Source: Planctomycetota bacterium (lineage in GTDB: Bacteria; Planctomycetota; GCA-002687715; DRQF01). Taken from it: a DNA stretch of 64,000 nucleotides. Within the stretch, counting starts at the first letter, position 1; each line of letters opens with the position of its first letter. A model generated the notes under the pieces. The model worked only from the letters and a program-made list of their open reading frames with translations, had not been told where the DNA came from and did not search any database. The translations under genes were made by a program, and so were the position numbers. Below are positions 40,777-50,833 of this stretch, one piece after another. Location of the stretch: contig JAZGFI010000206.1 of NCBI GenBank assembly GCA_036479435.1, positions 14,297-78,296 of the forward strand, given 5' to 3'.

Positions 40777-41391
40777 TTATTCGACGCCAGTGCGGCGAAA
40801 AGTGAGATTCACGCGGGCCCCGCAGGCTTGGCGGCTCTTTGGGAGGCCATGCCTCCAATCGTGCTGTGAGTTGCCGCGCATGATGAGGAGGCTCCCCGCC
40901 GGCAAGGGCAAACTGAGAACCGGTAGCTCGCGCTTGAATCGATTTTTTAGCTGGAAACTGCGTTTTGCCCCCAAGGTCAGGGAAACGATGACGGGCTGCA
41001 CGCCGAGTTCCGGTTCATCGTCGCTGTGCAGGCCCATGCTGTCGTGCTGATCGCGGTAATAGTTCAAAAGGACACTATTGAAGGAATGTCCCGCAACCGC
41101 CTCGATTCGGCGCCTTAGATCCAAAAGTGTCTCAGACCACGGCAAGGGCCGCAGACGAGTGCCGGAGTAGCTGTAGCTGACGCCAGCGTCGGCGTACCAA
41201 GCGATCAGGCGCGGTTGGAGCATCGTCTTGCCAAAGAGCGTGATTTCTTCTTGTCGCCAAGGCGTGTCCACAATGAGCTCTTCGAGCAGCTCGTCGTAGT
41301 TCCGCCCGAGATTCGCGTTCTGAATGAGAGTGATGTCGTTGCCAACGATCGAAACCGGAGCGAGCGGTTCGTTGTCAAACAGGCCGCTCAA
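40777..41391 (-). CDS. AlkB-family 2OG-Fe(II) dioxygenase
   Basis: QPRLIAWY, FNSVLLNYYRD..DSMGLHSDDE, WRHGLPK, RVNLTFR. Confidence 0.92.
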   Translation of the reverse strand: MSGLFDNEPLAPVSIVGNDITLIQNANLGRNYDELLEELIVDTPWRQEEITLFGKTMLQPRLIAWYADAGVSYSYSGTRLRPLPWSETLLDLRRRIEAVAGHSFNSVLLNYYRDQHDSMGLHSDDEPELGVQPVIVSLTLGAKRSFQLKNRFKRELPVLSLPLPAGSLLIMRGNSQHDWRHGLPKSRQACGARVNLTFRRTGVE

Positions 41392-41458
41392 TGGCCCGGC
41401 TCCCTCAGCCCTCGAGTCTCAGGCCGTTCGGCTTCACAGCGTATCGAGACGGCAAAAC

Positions 41459-41677
41459 TCAAAATTCCGTGGCGATAAAGAGGTCTTCGACCTTCTTTCT
41501 CGCCCAAGGAGTTCGGCGTAGAAACTTAAGGCTGGACCTCAGCGAAGGATCGTAGGCGAAGCAGCGAATCTGAATGATGTCGCCGAGGTCGTCCCAGCCG
41601 TAGTAGTCAACAAGCTGCGTCAACACCTTCTCCAAGGTGATGCCGTGCAGAGGATTGTTGGGTTGTGAATCGGTCAT
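41459..41677 (-). CDS. VF530/DUF2132 family protein
   Basis: [38 protein letters not shown]. Confidence 0.92.
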   Translation of the reverse strand: MTDSQPNNPLHGITLEKVLTQLVDYYGWDDLGDIIQIRCFAYDPSLRSSLKFLRRTPWARKKVEDLFIATEF

Positions 41678-41686
41678 GAGTTGATC

Positions 41687-42169
41687 TTAAGCACTTGCAA
41701 ACTCGGTCAAAGCGGTGCCATCCAAACGGTACGCGACCCACTCGGCCTGGGGTTCTGCCCCTAGGGACTTGTAGAAGCGAATGGCGGGTTCGTTCCAGTC
41801 CAACACGCTCCACTCGAAGCGACCGCAGCCTGAGACCACGGCGATCTTGGCGAGATGCTGGAGGACTGATCTGCCGGTACCTTTGCCCCGATGCTCCGGG
41901 GACACGTACAGGTCTTCAAGATAGAGGCCGGGTTTGCCCAGCCAGGTTGAGTAATTGAAAAAGTAGACCGCGTATCCGATCGCCTCACCCGCAATGCCAA
42001 ACACCAGTGCCTTGGCCGTCGCCTTGGGCCCAAACAGAGAATGCTCAATCTCCGCTAGCGAGGCGCTGACCTCGTGCTCTGCCTTTTCGTAGCGGGCGAG
42101 ATCGGTGATGAATCGAAGAATGAGAGCTGCGTCTTCGACACCGGCTTCGCGTATCTCAACTTCGGCCAT
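41687..42169 (-). CDS. GNAT acetyltransferase (SSAT-like)
   Basis: LARYEK, FFNYSTWLGKPGLYLEDLYV.PEHRGKG.G, EWSVLDWNEPAIRFY. Confidence 0.92.
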   Translation of the reverse strand: MAEVEIREAGVEDAALILRFITDLARYEKAEHEVSASLAEIEHSLFGPKATAKALVFGIAGEAIGYAVYFFNYSTWLGKPGLYLEDLYVSPEHRGKGTGRSVLQHLAKIAVVSGCGRFEWSVLDWNEPAIRFYKSLGAEPQAEWVAYRLDGTALTEFASA

Positions 42170-42237
42170 CGGCTCTCTCGGGGTTCTCACTCGGCGACAA
42201 TATGATTCGTTCTCTGCGGGATCTGCGCCGCATCAAT

Positions 42238-43071
42238 TTACCGCGGCAAGGGTCGCCGCGGAAGCTCGTCCAAAAACGCTTTCAGAGCCTCGACGACCGG
42301 GAAATCGTAGAGATTATTGTGGCCCGCGTTGCGAACAAGGTGCCGCTTTTTGGGTTCATTGGCGCGCTCAAACAACTTGGCGCCACTATCCGGGGGAATA
42401 ATATTGTCGTTTAGGCCGTGGATCATGAACACCGGTTCTTCGACCTTGTTGATGAAGTCAGACGTCAGATAAGTGTCCTTCAGCATCCACGCCACCGGCA
42501 AAAATGGGAAACGTTGCTGCGAAATCTCCAAGACTGAGTTCATCGGGGCTTCCAGAATCAAAGCCCGACAAACGACTTTGGCGGCCAACTGCGCCGCTAC
42601 CGCAGACCCCAAAGACGCACCATAGATGACGATTTGCGTCTCAGCGATGCCGCCGCTTCGCAAATAGTCGTAGGCGAGCTGCGCAGCTTCAAGAAAAGAC
42701 GCTTCCGATGGTTCACCCTCGCTTGGCCCATAGCCCGGATACCCGAGCATGAAAACGCCGTAGCCCACCGCCATCAATTGCCGGAATTTCTTGGATCGAT
42801 GGGAGACGTTTCCCCCATTCCCATGAAAAAACAGCAAAGTCGGCTGCCCTTTACTTGGTTCTGCTTGCCAACAAACGAGCTGATGGGCGAACTTGGTTCG
42901 GATCGACACTTCGCTCACGCCCACCAGGCCGAGATCCTGCGGCTTTGAGTACGACTCGCTGGGCTGATAAAGGATGCTGCGCTGAGAAAAGTAGATGACC
43001 ATCACGAAGACGACGTAGGTGCCAAGGGCCACGAACAGGAGCCTACCTGCAAATCTGGCAAACCACTTCAA
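42238..43071 (-). CDS. Membrane-anchored alpha/beta hydrolase
   Basis: TM + QRSILYQP; FFHGNGG; YPGYG.SEG.PSE; GASLG nucleophile; IHG..D; GHN; start uncertain (ORF open to 43197). Confidence 0.88.
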   Translation of the reverse strand: MKWFARFAGRLLFVALGTYVVFVMVIYFSQRSILYQPSESYSKPQDLGLVGVSEVSIRTKFAHQLVCWQAEPSKGQPTLLFFHGNGGNVSHRSKKFRQLMAVGYGVFMLGYPGYGPSEGEPSEASFLEAAQLAYDYLRSGGIAETQIVIYGASLGSAVAAQLAAKVVCRALILEAPMNSVLEISQQRFPFLPVAWMLKDTYLTSDFINKVEEPVFMIHGLNDNIIPPDSGAKLFERANEPKKRHLVRNAGHNNLYDFPVVEALKAFLDELPRRPLPR

Positions 43072-43449
43072 TCCGGACCCCCCAAAAACAAACGAGACAC
43101 GACACCCCCAACCGGCGCGGGTTACCTCACCTTGCCATCTGAGGAACCCCAGCGCGACAATTTCAGCCCGGAGATGAGGGGGCCCCCCGTCGAGCACTCC
43201 GACTCCGGGTGCCTTCGGTGGGCGTCAACTTTGACCGGGAGGAATTCGATTCCCGCCACTCAGCAGGAGGGAAACGACTGGCGCAGCCTCGATGCCAAAG
43301 TCCAAGGCCAGGATTCGCGGAGCGGAAGAGCTTTTTGGTCGTAATGAAACGCTTGGAGAACCTGCACGTTACATCTTGCTCTCGCAGGACTATACTCCTC
43401 GCAATCCAGATAACTGACCGCCACCTAGCGAAGAAAGGTCGAATACAAG

Positions 43450-46260
43450 ATGCGCAAACTACTGCTAATCGGAATCGCGTTGGGAGCTTGGCTGATGATC
43501 GCCAACGACACCTACGCCCAGAAGAAGCCGACCCCCAAGCCGTCCAAAAAGGCCGCGCTTTCTGCCGGCGCCAAAAAGAACGCCAGCGACGGATTCAAAA
43601 AGTACGCCGACGTCACCAAGGGCTACAAGAAAGTCGTCTCAACGACTGACGGCAAATCGCCGCTCTTTGATCTTTGGGTTCGCAAAAAAGACGGCCACAC
43701 GCTCGCCGAATTCGCCGAAAACTATGCGAAGACCAAGTACTTTCTGGCCCTCACGGTTTCGACCGGCGAGATTTTCGCCGGCCTACATTCTGGCGATCGT
43801 TTTGTGTACTTGAAGCGCTTCGACAAGCGCCTCGCGATCATCGCTCCTGAACTCAGCAAACGATCGAGCGGGAACGCCGACAGCAAGACCTCAGTCAACC
43901 GCATCTTCACCGACCGCGTCCTAGCTGACGTCCCAATCTTGTGCATCGGTAAGCGCGGCGGGCCGGTCATCGACCTCGATGATCTTCTGCTGAAACGAGC
44001 CTCCGCCTTTTTTGGGAGTAAGGCTTCCGGGCTCAACAAGAAGCTCGCAGCCCTAAAAGTCTCAAAGGCCTTCCCAAAAAACGTTGAAGTCGCCTACGAA
44101 GCCCCGGTTTCGGGCGGCAAGTTCAAGCGCTTCCACTTTTCGATCTCGAGCCTTCCCGAAAAGACCGGCTACAAGCCGCGCAAAGCCGACCAACGCGTTG
44201 GCTTTTTTGTGACTTCCTACCAAGACCTCGCGAAGTACCGCGACGATTCGATTTGGCAGCGCTACATCAATCGCTGGCACATTGAGAAAGCAGATCCCAA
44301 GCTCAAACTCTCACCGCCTAAAAAGCCGATCGTCTTTTACATCGAGCACACCACGCCAGTGCGCTACCGCCGATTCGTTCGCGACGGCATCCTCTACTGG
44401 AACAAGGCCTTCCGCGCGATCGGCATCGACGAAGCCGTTGTGGTGCACTACCAAGACGCCCAATCCGGCGCTCACATGGACAAGAATCCCGAAGACGTCC
44501 GCTATAACTTCGTGCGCTGGTTGAACAACGACGTCGGCACCGCCATCGGGCCCAGCCGCGTCGACCCGCGCACGGGACAGATCCTCGACGCTGACATCAT
44601 CTTGACCGACGGCTGGATTCGCAGCTTTGACTACCAATTCTCAAAAGTCCTGCCGACTCTCGCCACCGAAGGTTTCAGCCAAGAAACGATGGAATGGCTG
44701 CACGCCAATCCGAACTGGGACCCGCGCATCATCTTCGCCGAAGCTGGCGAGCGGGCCCGTATGCTCGCCGAACGTGCTCATCCAGGCCACGAAGCCAAGC
44801 ACGAAGAAGAGGAAAAAATCCTCTACGGCGACAATGAGTTCGACGGCCTCGTGAACACCAACTGCCAAGAGAACGGCTTCTGCATGGCCGCCACCGGAAA
44901 GGGTTTCGACCTGGCTATGGCCCGCATGCACTACGAAGTCTTGGCGCTTCTAAACGCCACCGATGACGAGAAGAAAAAAGACAGCGCCGAGGACATCCTC
45001 GACGGCATGCCCGCCTCCTTCATCGGCCCGCTGCTCGCGGACCTCGTCGCCCACGAGTGCGGACACACGCTTGGTTTGCGTCACAACTTTGTCGCGTCAT
45101 CGATCTACACGATGGCTCAAATCAACAGCAACAAGGTGAAAGGCAAGGCCTTCACCGCTTCGGTGATGGACTACAACCCCATCAACATCAACCTTGGCGA
45201 TGGCGAAGTGCAGGGTGACTACTGCATGATCGACATCGGGCCTTACGACATGTGGGCCATCGAGTACGGCTACACCTTGGACGAAAAAGCCCTCCCTGGC
45301 ATTCTCGCCCGCTGTACCGAATCCGAGCTCGCCTATCTTACGGACGAAGACACCTCCGGGCCCGACCCCCAGGCTCGCCGTTACGACTTCACCAAAAACC
45401 CCTTGGACTACGCCAAGAACCAGATGCGCCTTGCACAGTTCCACCGCAAGCACCTGCTCGACAAGTTCGTCAAAAAGGGTGACAGCTGGGCCAAGGCGAG
45501 CCGTGGCTACAACATCACGCTTAGTTTCCAGATGCGCTCGCTTAGCATGATGGCGAACTGGATCGGCGGCGCGCACACTCGGCGCCACAAAAAAGGTGAC
45601 GGCGACCAACCTCCCATCACCGTGGTCTCGGGAAATGAACAACGCGAAGCGCTCGACTTCTTGATCAAGTCGAGTTTCAAAGACGAGGCCTTCGGTTTGA
45701 GCTCTGACCTCTTGCGTCACATGACGCAAGACAAGTGGTTCGGATCGGGCGATACTTCGGCCACGATGGCCGACGTCACCTTTCCGATTCACGATCGCAT
45801 CGTCGGCATCCAAAACTCAGTCTTGACGATGATCTTGAACCCCACGACCTTACGCCGCGTGCTCGACAACGAAAGCCTCACCGACAACGAAGATGCTCTC
45901 ACCCTCGCCGAGATGATGAGCAAGGTCTCGCATTCCATCTGGAGTGACCTGAAGGCCGGCGACAGCGATAAGACCTACACGGCTCGCAAGCCCTGTATTT
46001 CGAGCATCCGCCGCAACCTTCAATCAGAGCACATCAAGCGTCTCATCGACCTGAGCTACCCGAAGGGCAACGTCAACTCAGCTCACAAACAAATCGCGAC
46101 TTTGGCGCGCATGCATCTGCGTCGCATCGGAGCAGGCGTTACGGGCATGCTGCCGAAGGGCACGACGGGCCTCGATGACTACTCGCGCGCGCATCTTGAG
46201 GATGTGCAGGCTCGCATCACCAAGGCCTTGGAGGCGCAGTTCACGCTGCGCGTGAAGTAG
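43450..46260 (+). CDS. Zinc-dependent metalloprotease (EcxA-like, DUF5117/DUF4953 architecture)
   Basis: Signal peptide; R.ADQRVGFF..YINRW; PIVFYI; WNKAF; DPRTGQILDADI; HECGHTLGLRH..SVMDY; IGPYD.WAIEYGY. Confidence 0.92.
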   Translation: MRKLLLIGIALGAWLMIANDTYAQKKPTPKPSKKAALSAGAKKNASDGFKKYADVTKGYKKVVSTTDGKSPLFDLWVRKKDGHTLAEFAENYAKTKYFLALTVSTGEIFAGLHSGDRFVYLKRFDKRLAIIAPELSKRSSGNADSKTSVNRIFTDRVLADVPILCIGKRGGPVIDLDDLLLKRASAFFGSKASGLNKKLAALKVSKAFPKNVEVAYEAPVSGGKFKRFHFSISSLPEKTGYKPRKADQRVGFFVTSYQDLAKYRDDSIWQRYINRWHIEKADPKLKLSPPKKPIVFYIEHTTPVRYRRFVRDGILYWNKAFRAIGIDEAVVVHYQDAQSGAHMDKNPEDVRYNFVRWLNNDVGTAIGPSRVDPRTGQILDADIILTDGWIRSFDYQFSKVLPTLATEGFSQETMEWLHANPNWDPRIIFAEAGERARMLAERAHPGHEAKHEEEEKILYGDNEFDGLVNTNCQENGFCMAATGKGFDLAMARMHYEVLALLNATDDEKKKDSAEDILDGMPASFIGPLLADLVAHECGHTLGLRHNFVASSIYTMAQINSNKVKGKAFTASVMDYNPININLGDGEVQGDYCMIDIGPYDMWAIEYGYTLDEKALPGILARCTESELAYLTDEDTSGPDPQARRYDFTKNPLDYAKNQMRLAQFHRKHLLDKFVKKGDSWAKASRGYNITLSFQMRSLSMMANWIGGAHTRRHKKGDGDQPPITVVSGNEQREALDFLIKSSFKDEAFGLSSDLLRHMTQDKWFGSGDTSATMADVTFPIHDRIVGIQNSVLTMILNPTTLRRVLDNESLTDNEDALTLAEMMSKVSHSIWSDLKAGDSDKTYTARKPCISSIRRNLQSEHIKRLIDLSYPKGNVNSAHKQIATLARMHLRRIGAGVTGMLPKGTTGLDDYSRAHLEDVQARITKALEAQFTLRVK

Positions 46261-46287
46261 GAGAGCTGTCGATAGATCGGGGGGCTA

Positions 46288-46370
46288 AAACCGGGAGAAA
46301 AGTGTCTGACTCCGTACAGCACTGACTCCGTACAGCAGGTTTTCTGCGTCAGACCTTATTCTCCCGGTTT
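46288..46370. repeat. Inverted-repeat element with internal 16-bp tandem duplication (REP/MITE-like)
   Basis: Arms AAACCGGGAGAAAAGTGTCTGAC (46288-46310) and GTCAGACCTTATTCTCCCGGTTT (46348-46370); CTGACTCCGTACAGCA twice at 46306-46337. Confidence 0.75.
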
Positions 46371-46372
46371 GG

Positions 46373-48559
46373 CTATCCGATCTTTCTTTTGACGACCGCC
46401 GACTGCCTTGGTTCGGGACAAGAGAAGGCGGCGGTGGCCTGAAGATAGATTTCGATGCCCGACACCGAGAGCGGGATTCCAGCGAGAAAGTTCGCCTCGC
46501 CATTAGCACCCGGCGACACAATTCCGACCAAGTGAAATGCGAGATCGGCGGCGACGTCGATGCCTAACTCGACGCACCAGCCAGGCGTTGAGGCTGCAAA
46601 CACCGCCGGGCTCAATCCCCACAGCAAGGCCGTCGGAACTCCGGGTTCGCTGTGTACGGTCATTACCGCCGAGGCCCCCGATTGAAGCGTGGGCAAATCA
46701 AGCCCCAGTCGCGGCGGCGGCGCCACGGCGAAGGCAGCCAAGAGTCGGATGTAGGCAGCCTGGTAGGGAATGTGACACTCGGTGACTTCCCAGGAGTTCT
46801 GCGGCCAATTCGTGTTCCAGTCACGGTAGCTTTTTTGAATCGGCTGATTCTGTGGCGGCGACAAAACCGGCCCGGTGTAGGCCGATGCTGGCGCATAAGA
46901 GGGGTTGGGCCCGCCCGTCAAAAACCCCGGCGGCGGACCGTGCAAGGACGCACTAGCACTGTCCCAAATTGTGCCGTCGGCGAACCAAGCGTGATAGGTC
47001 TCATTCACCGATCCGTCGGCACCGGCGGCCGACATGTTGGTGAGGTAGCAAAAGCCATTGGGGTTAAGCCCGTGGAGGTAGTGCAAATACCCCGCGGCGG
47101 CTTCGAGCCGCTGCTCGGCCCCTTGCCCGTCGCGGCCAAAGACGCTTAAAGCCAGATGAACCGATCCCTCCAAAGCCTTCGTCCGATTGCTGCCCCAAGT
47201 GTGGTCGGCATCGGCGAGCCAAGCGCGGTAGGCATCATCGCCCGCCAGTTGCGGCGGAAGGTGGTAGTTGGCGAGACTCCCCTCGTAGGCGGCAAAGATA
47301 TCGGCGGCCACCGTGGGCGTCGCCCCCGGCAAGGTCGCGTAGAGGAGCAGGGCTTCGTTCAGCTCTTGTTCATACATCGAAGCCCAATTCACCTGCAGCA
47401 AAGTTAGTTGCTGGTAGTTCGCTTCGACAAAGTTCTTGTAGGCCGCAAGCCCCGTCCGGCGATAAAGCCAAACCGCCGCGCGCACCCGATTGGCGGTTTG
47501 CCAGTACGCCGAGTCTTCAGCGGAGACGTTCACAAAACCCGTGTTGTCGTAACTTGAAGGCACGAGGCCCGGATTGGCGTCGAGCCAGGCCCAGGCCGAA
47601 AGCGCGGCTTGATCCAAGACCGCGGCAAAACTCGACGTCACAAACAGACGAGCGAAGGCCTCGGCCGCTCGTGCGAAAACGCCGCAAGCAGAAATCGTCG
47701 CCGACGCCGTTGCGGGGGCATAGCGCCGCGGGCCAATGTCCGCGCTCGGCGGGCTGGATGCACTAAAGTCGGTCACCGAGACTTTGTGCAGCAAAGACCC
47801 ATCGGCATTCTGCATCTTGAGCAGCCACTCAAGCTCGTGGCGGATCTCGTCCAGTAAGTCCGGCACGTCGTTTCCGGACTCGGGAAGGTCCCAGTTATCG
47901 GGCCAAGCCGCGGGTGCCAGTTCATAGGCAGCCAAAAGCCCGTGGAGTGCATCGTCAGCGAAATTCACGTACTTGTTGTAGTCACCCGCGTCGTGCCAAC
48001 CGCCAGAAAGATCTCTGGAGGTCGAAGCCACTGGGTTCAGAACACTTCGACAATCAAGATCTTGCTCAGCCCCAAGATGGCAGGCGCCGTCATTCCAAGC
48101 GCCATCGACAAAGGGCGTGCTTTTCGCCACGCCGCATCGTTGATGAAGATACATGCGCACCGCATCCCGCAGGACAGGTGCGTAGACACCGGACGCGATC
48201 TCAAAGGGCTCGGAGCTTTCTCCCGACGCCACATCAACCACCACGAACTCGCCTAGTTCCTCGAGGGCACTAAAGTCGAACCACCACACCCGGTCACCAG
48301 ATTGCGCATGCACCGCACCACCATTCCAGGCCGTAGCGGCACCCGTCCAAGCAACGCTGCCATTCATCCTTCGCACTTCGATCACGGCCCCCGGCGTAAA
48401 GGATCCACTCGCATCAAACCCAATCACCGGGTCGCGCAACACGGCAATCTTTTTGGCCAGCGGCCGGTAGCCAAACTGATCGATGCGGATGTAGGGAGAG
48501 GCCGATTGAGCCAACAGACCGGCCGCGAAGAGGCAGGAAAGGATCGCAAAACGAATCAT
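46373..48559 (-). CDS. Glycoside hydrolase family 9 with N-terminal Ig-like domain
   Basis: IRIDQFGY; DLSGGWHDAGDYNKY; WGSN; YLHG.NP; YRDWN..SWEVTE; signal peptide. Confidence 0.92.
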   Translation of the reverse strand: MIRFAILSCLFAAGLLAQSASPYIRIDQFGYRPLAKKIAVLRDPVIGFDASGSFTPGAVIEVRRMNGSVAWTGAATAWNGGAVHAQSGDRVWWFDFSALEELGEFVVVDVASGESSEPFEIASGVYAPVLRDAVRMYLHQRCGVAKSTPFVDGAWNDGACHLGAEQDLDCRSVLNPVASTSRDLSGGWHDAGDYNKYVNFADDALHGLLAAYELAPAAWPDNWDLPESGNDVPDLLDEIRHELEWLLKMQNADGSLLHKVSVTDFSASSPPSADIGPRRYAPATASATISACGVFARAAEAFARLFVTSSFAAVLDQAALSAWAWLDANPGLVPSSYDNTGFVNVSAEDSAYWQTANRVRAAVWLYRRTGLAAYKNFVEANYQQLTLLQVNWASMYEQELNEALLLYATLPGATPTVAADIFAAYEGSLANYHLPPQLAGDDAYRAWLADADHTWGSNRTKALEGSVHLALSVFGRDGQGAEQRLEAAAGYLHYLHGLNPNGFCYLTNMSAAGADGSVNETYHAWFADGTIWDSASASLHGPPPGFLTGGPNPSYAPASAYTGPVLSPPQNQPIQKSYRDWNTNWPQNSWEVTECHIPYQAAYIRLLAAFAVAPPPRLGLDLPTLQSGASAVMTVHSEPGVPTALLWGLSPAVFAASTPGWCVELGIDVAADLAFHLVGIVSPGANGEANFLAGIPLSVSGIEIYLQATAAFSCPEPRQSAVVKRKIG

Positions 48560-48595
48560 GGGATCTCTCGAAACGGGTGAAGGCGCTAGGCGACT

Positions 48596-49816
48596 TTAGC
48601 CAAAACCGAGCAGGGCCGCGGCCACCGAAGCGACAACACACCACACGACGACCCAAATCGGAGATACTCGCCACTTCCACAACAGGGCAAGTCCAGCCAA
48701 TCCAATCAAGAGATCGACTGGCCCGCGCACCGAGCTTTTCCAAATAGGATCGTAGAGGGCTGCCGCCAAAAGCCCCACGACCGCTGCATTCACGCCCGCG
48801 ATCACCCGTGCCGCGGCGGGCCGCCCTGCAAAGGCCCGCCACATCGGCAAGACCCCAGAGACCAACAAGAACCCCGGCAACATGATCGATGCCAGCGCCA
48901 CTGAGGCCCCCAAAACGCCCCCCAAGGCCCCGGGTAGTCGCGCCCCCAAGTAAGACGACAGCGTGAACATTGGCCCCGGCACTGCCTGCGCCGCCCCATA
49001 CCCCGCCAAGAATTCATCCGCTGAAACCCAACCGGGCTTCACCACGGCTTCTTCCAGCAAAGGCAGAACAACGTGGCCGCCACCAAACACCAGAGCACCG
49101 GCGCGATAAAAGGCTTCCGAAACCGCAAGCAGTCCATCCTGACCTCGCGCCAGCCAAGGCAAGCCAAACAGCAACAAGACGAAAGTCGCCAGCAAGCCGA
49201 TACCCACCGGCGCTCCATAACGCAAAGACCAACCGCCTTTGGTCAGAGGTTTCGCGGCTCGACAAAAAAAGAGCCCGGCCACCCCGCCCAAGGCCACCAC
49301 CAAGATTTGCACCCAGGCCTGCGCCAAAACGACAAGGGCCGCGACCGCCAAAATCGCCAGCGCCCGCCGGGTGAGATCGGGACAGAGCTTCCGCGTCATC
49401 CCAATCACCCCTTGGGCCACGACCGCCAGCGCCACGAGCTTCAAGCCATGCACCGCCGCCTCGCCAACAGGGCCCGAGATCTTTGGCAAGAAAACCGCAA
49501 AGGCATACAGCAACAAAGCCGAGGGCAAAGTGAAGGCCAAAAACGCGACCAGCGCACCCAGCCAGCCCGCGCGCAACAACCCCAGACTGAAACCAACCTG
49601 ACTACTCGCCGGGCCCGGAAGGAACTGGCACAAAGCCAAGAGTTGCGCGTACTGGCTATCGTCGAGCCACTTCCTCTTTTCAACCAGCTCCCGACGAAAG
49701 TAGCCCAGGTGCGCTATCGGCCCCCCGAACGACGTCAGCCCCAACTTCAAAAAGATGGAGAACACCTCAGCAATCGACCCCGACCGGCCCGAGTTCAGAT
49801 CTGTCTTGGAAGGCAT
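48596..49816 (-). CDS. chrA: Chromate efflux transporter
   Basis: FLKLGLTSFGGPIAHLGYF, LCQFLPGPASSQVG, GALVFGGGHVVLPLL, AQAVPGPMF. Confidence 0.95.
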   Translation of the reverse strand: MPSKTDLNSGRSGSIAEVFSIFLKLGLTSFGGPIAHLGYFRRELVEKRKWLDDSQYAQLLALCQFLPGPASSQVGFSLGLLRAGWLGALVAFLAFTLPSALLLYAFAVFLPKISGPVGEAAVHGLKLVALAVVAQGVIGMTRKLCPDLTRRALAILAVAALVVLAQAWVQILVVALGGVAGLFFCRAAKPLTKGGWSLRYGAPVGIGLLATFVLLLFGLPWLARGQDGLLAVSEAFYRAGALVFGGGHVVLPLLEEAVVKPGWVSADEFLAGYGAAQAVPGPMFTLSSYLGARLPGALGGVLGASVALASIMLPGFLLVSGVLPMWRAFAGRPAAARVIAGVNAAVVGLLAAALYDPIWKSSVRGPVDLLIGLAGLALLWKWRVSPIWVVVWCVVASVAAALLGFG

Positions 49817-49960
49817 GAACCAGCCACTCCCCTCAACCCCTAGCCCTCTTCACTCACCAGATCCCAACGATAGGGACGGGGCCGCGAGCGTCGAGGTCCA
49901 ATTCATGATGTTGGCTAAGGGCCATTCAGGCCAGTCGAGATCGGGGATCGAATCCAGTTC

Positions 49961-50272
49961 TTAGTAGTTGCTGACCTTCACCGTCGCGACGCCATCGACG
50001 GTAACGTAGTCAACACTGGTCATCTTCACGCCAAATAGGTGCTCTATCATCACGCTCTTTCGGCCCGAACTGACTTTGGTCCGCAGGATGGTCGCAATCT
50101 CAGAGAGCGCTTCCTGCCGCCCGTGCAAGTGCCCGTACTCAAACTTCTCGCCAGACGCGAGATGCGTCAATACGCCACCCACCACAAAAAAAAGAGCCGC
50201 CCCCGCCGCCACCCCAACAACGAAGTGTTTAACTCTCTCCGAGACCCTCGGCCGCCGCGGATCGCCAGACAT
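49961..50272 (-). CDS. Small single-TM hypothetical protein, paralog 1
   Basis: TM helix then YGHLHGRQEA..LFGVKMTSV..DGVATVKV. Confidence 0.7.
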   Translation of the reverse strand: MSGDPRRPRVSERVKHFVVGVAAGAALFFVVGGVLTHLASGEKFEYGHLHGRQEALSEIATILRTKVSSGRKSVMIEHLFGVKMTSVDYVTVDGVATVKVSNY

Positions 50273-50595
50273 CAGCGAAGCACCCGCAAGGTGCGAACGC
50301 CCTTGTCGCTAACGCCCACCACCGAAAACGCCTTCAGCGAAAACAAGGTCTCGTAGCGTCGCGGAACCGGAAGCGATCCGAACTTTCTGTCGATTGCCTC
50401 AAACGCCTCAATCTTCCCATCCAAATGCCCCGCCGCAAAACCAGAATGGTAAGTCTCCTGGTAGTACTCAACGAAGACCGGCGTCGCGACCATCGCCATC
50501 AAAAAGAACCCCACGATCATCCCCGCCAAGAGCTTCTTCGTCGAGTCGCTTACCCACGCTTCCTCGTCAAGATCTACGTCAATCGTTTGCGACAT
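50272..50595 (-). CDS. Small single-TM hypothetical protein, paralog 2
   Basis: SD AGGAGG; TM helix then AGHLDGKIEA..LFSLKAFSV..KGVRTLRV; TGATG overlap with paralog 1. Confidence 0.7.
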   Translation of the reverse strand: MSQTIDVDLDEEAWVSDSTKKLLAGMIVGFFLMAMVATPVFVEYYQETYHSGFAAGHLDGKIEAFEAIDRKFGSLPVPRRYETLFSLKAFSVVGVSDKGVRTLRVLR

Positions 50596-50833
50596 GAATC
50601 CCCTCCTATGGCTAACGCTCTTCGGCTCCACACCCAGACCGTCAAGCGACCTAAACCGTTGCGATCGACTCAACCGAGCGAACACCTAGATCCTATCCTC
50701 TCGAAGGAAGACCCGCTTTTTTGCTCTCCGACCCGATTCTCTGGAGTCAAGAGCCTTCTCCAGAGATGCTCGTTGGACATCGCGGACGAATGTCGTCTAA
50801 TTGTCGGGTGCTTACTGGCGTTTCGAGGAGTCG

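Noticed and set aside
39948..43071. Integron-like cassette array of small same-strand genes
   Set aside because: No attC-type repeats recognised between the genes, several gaps too short, and no integrase
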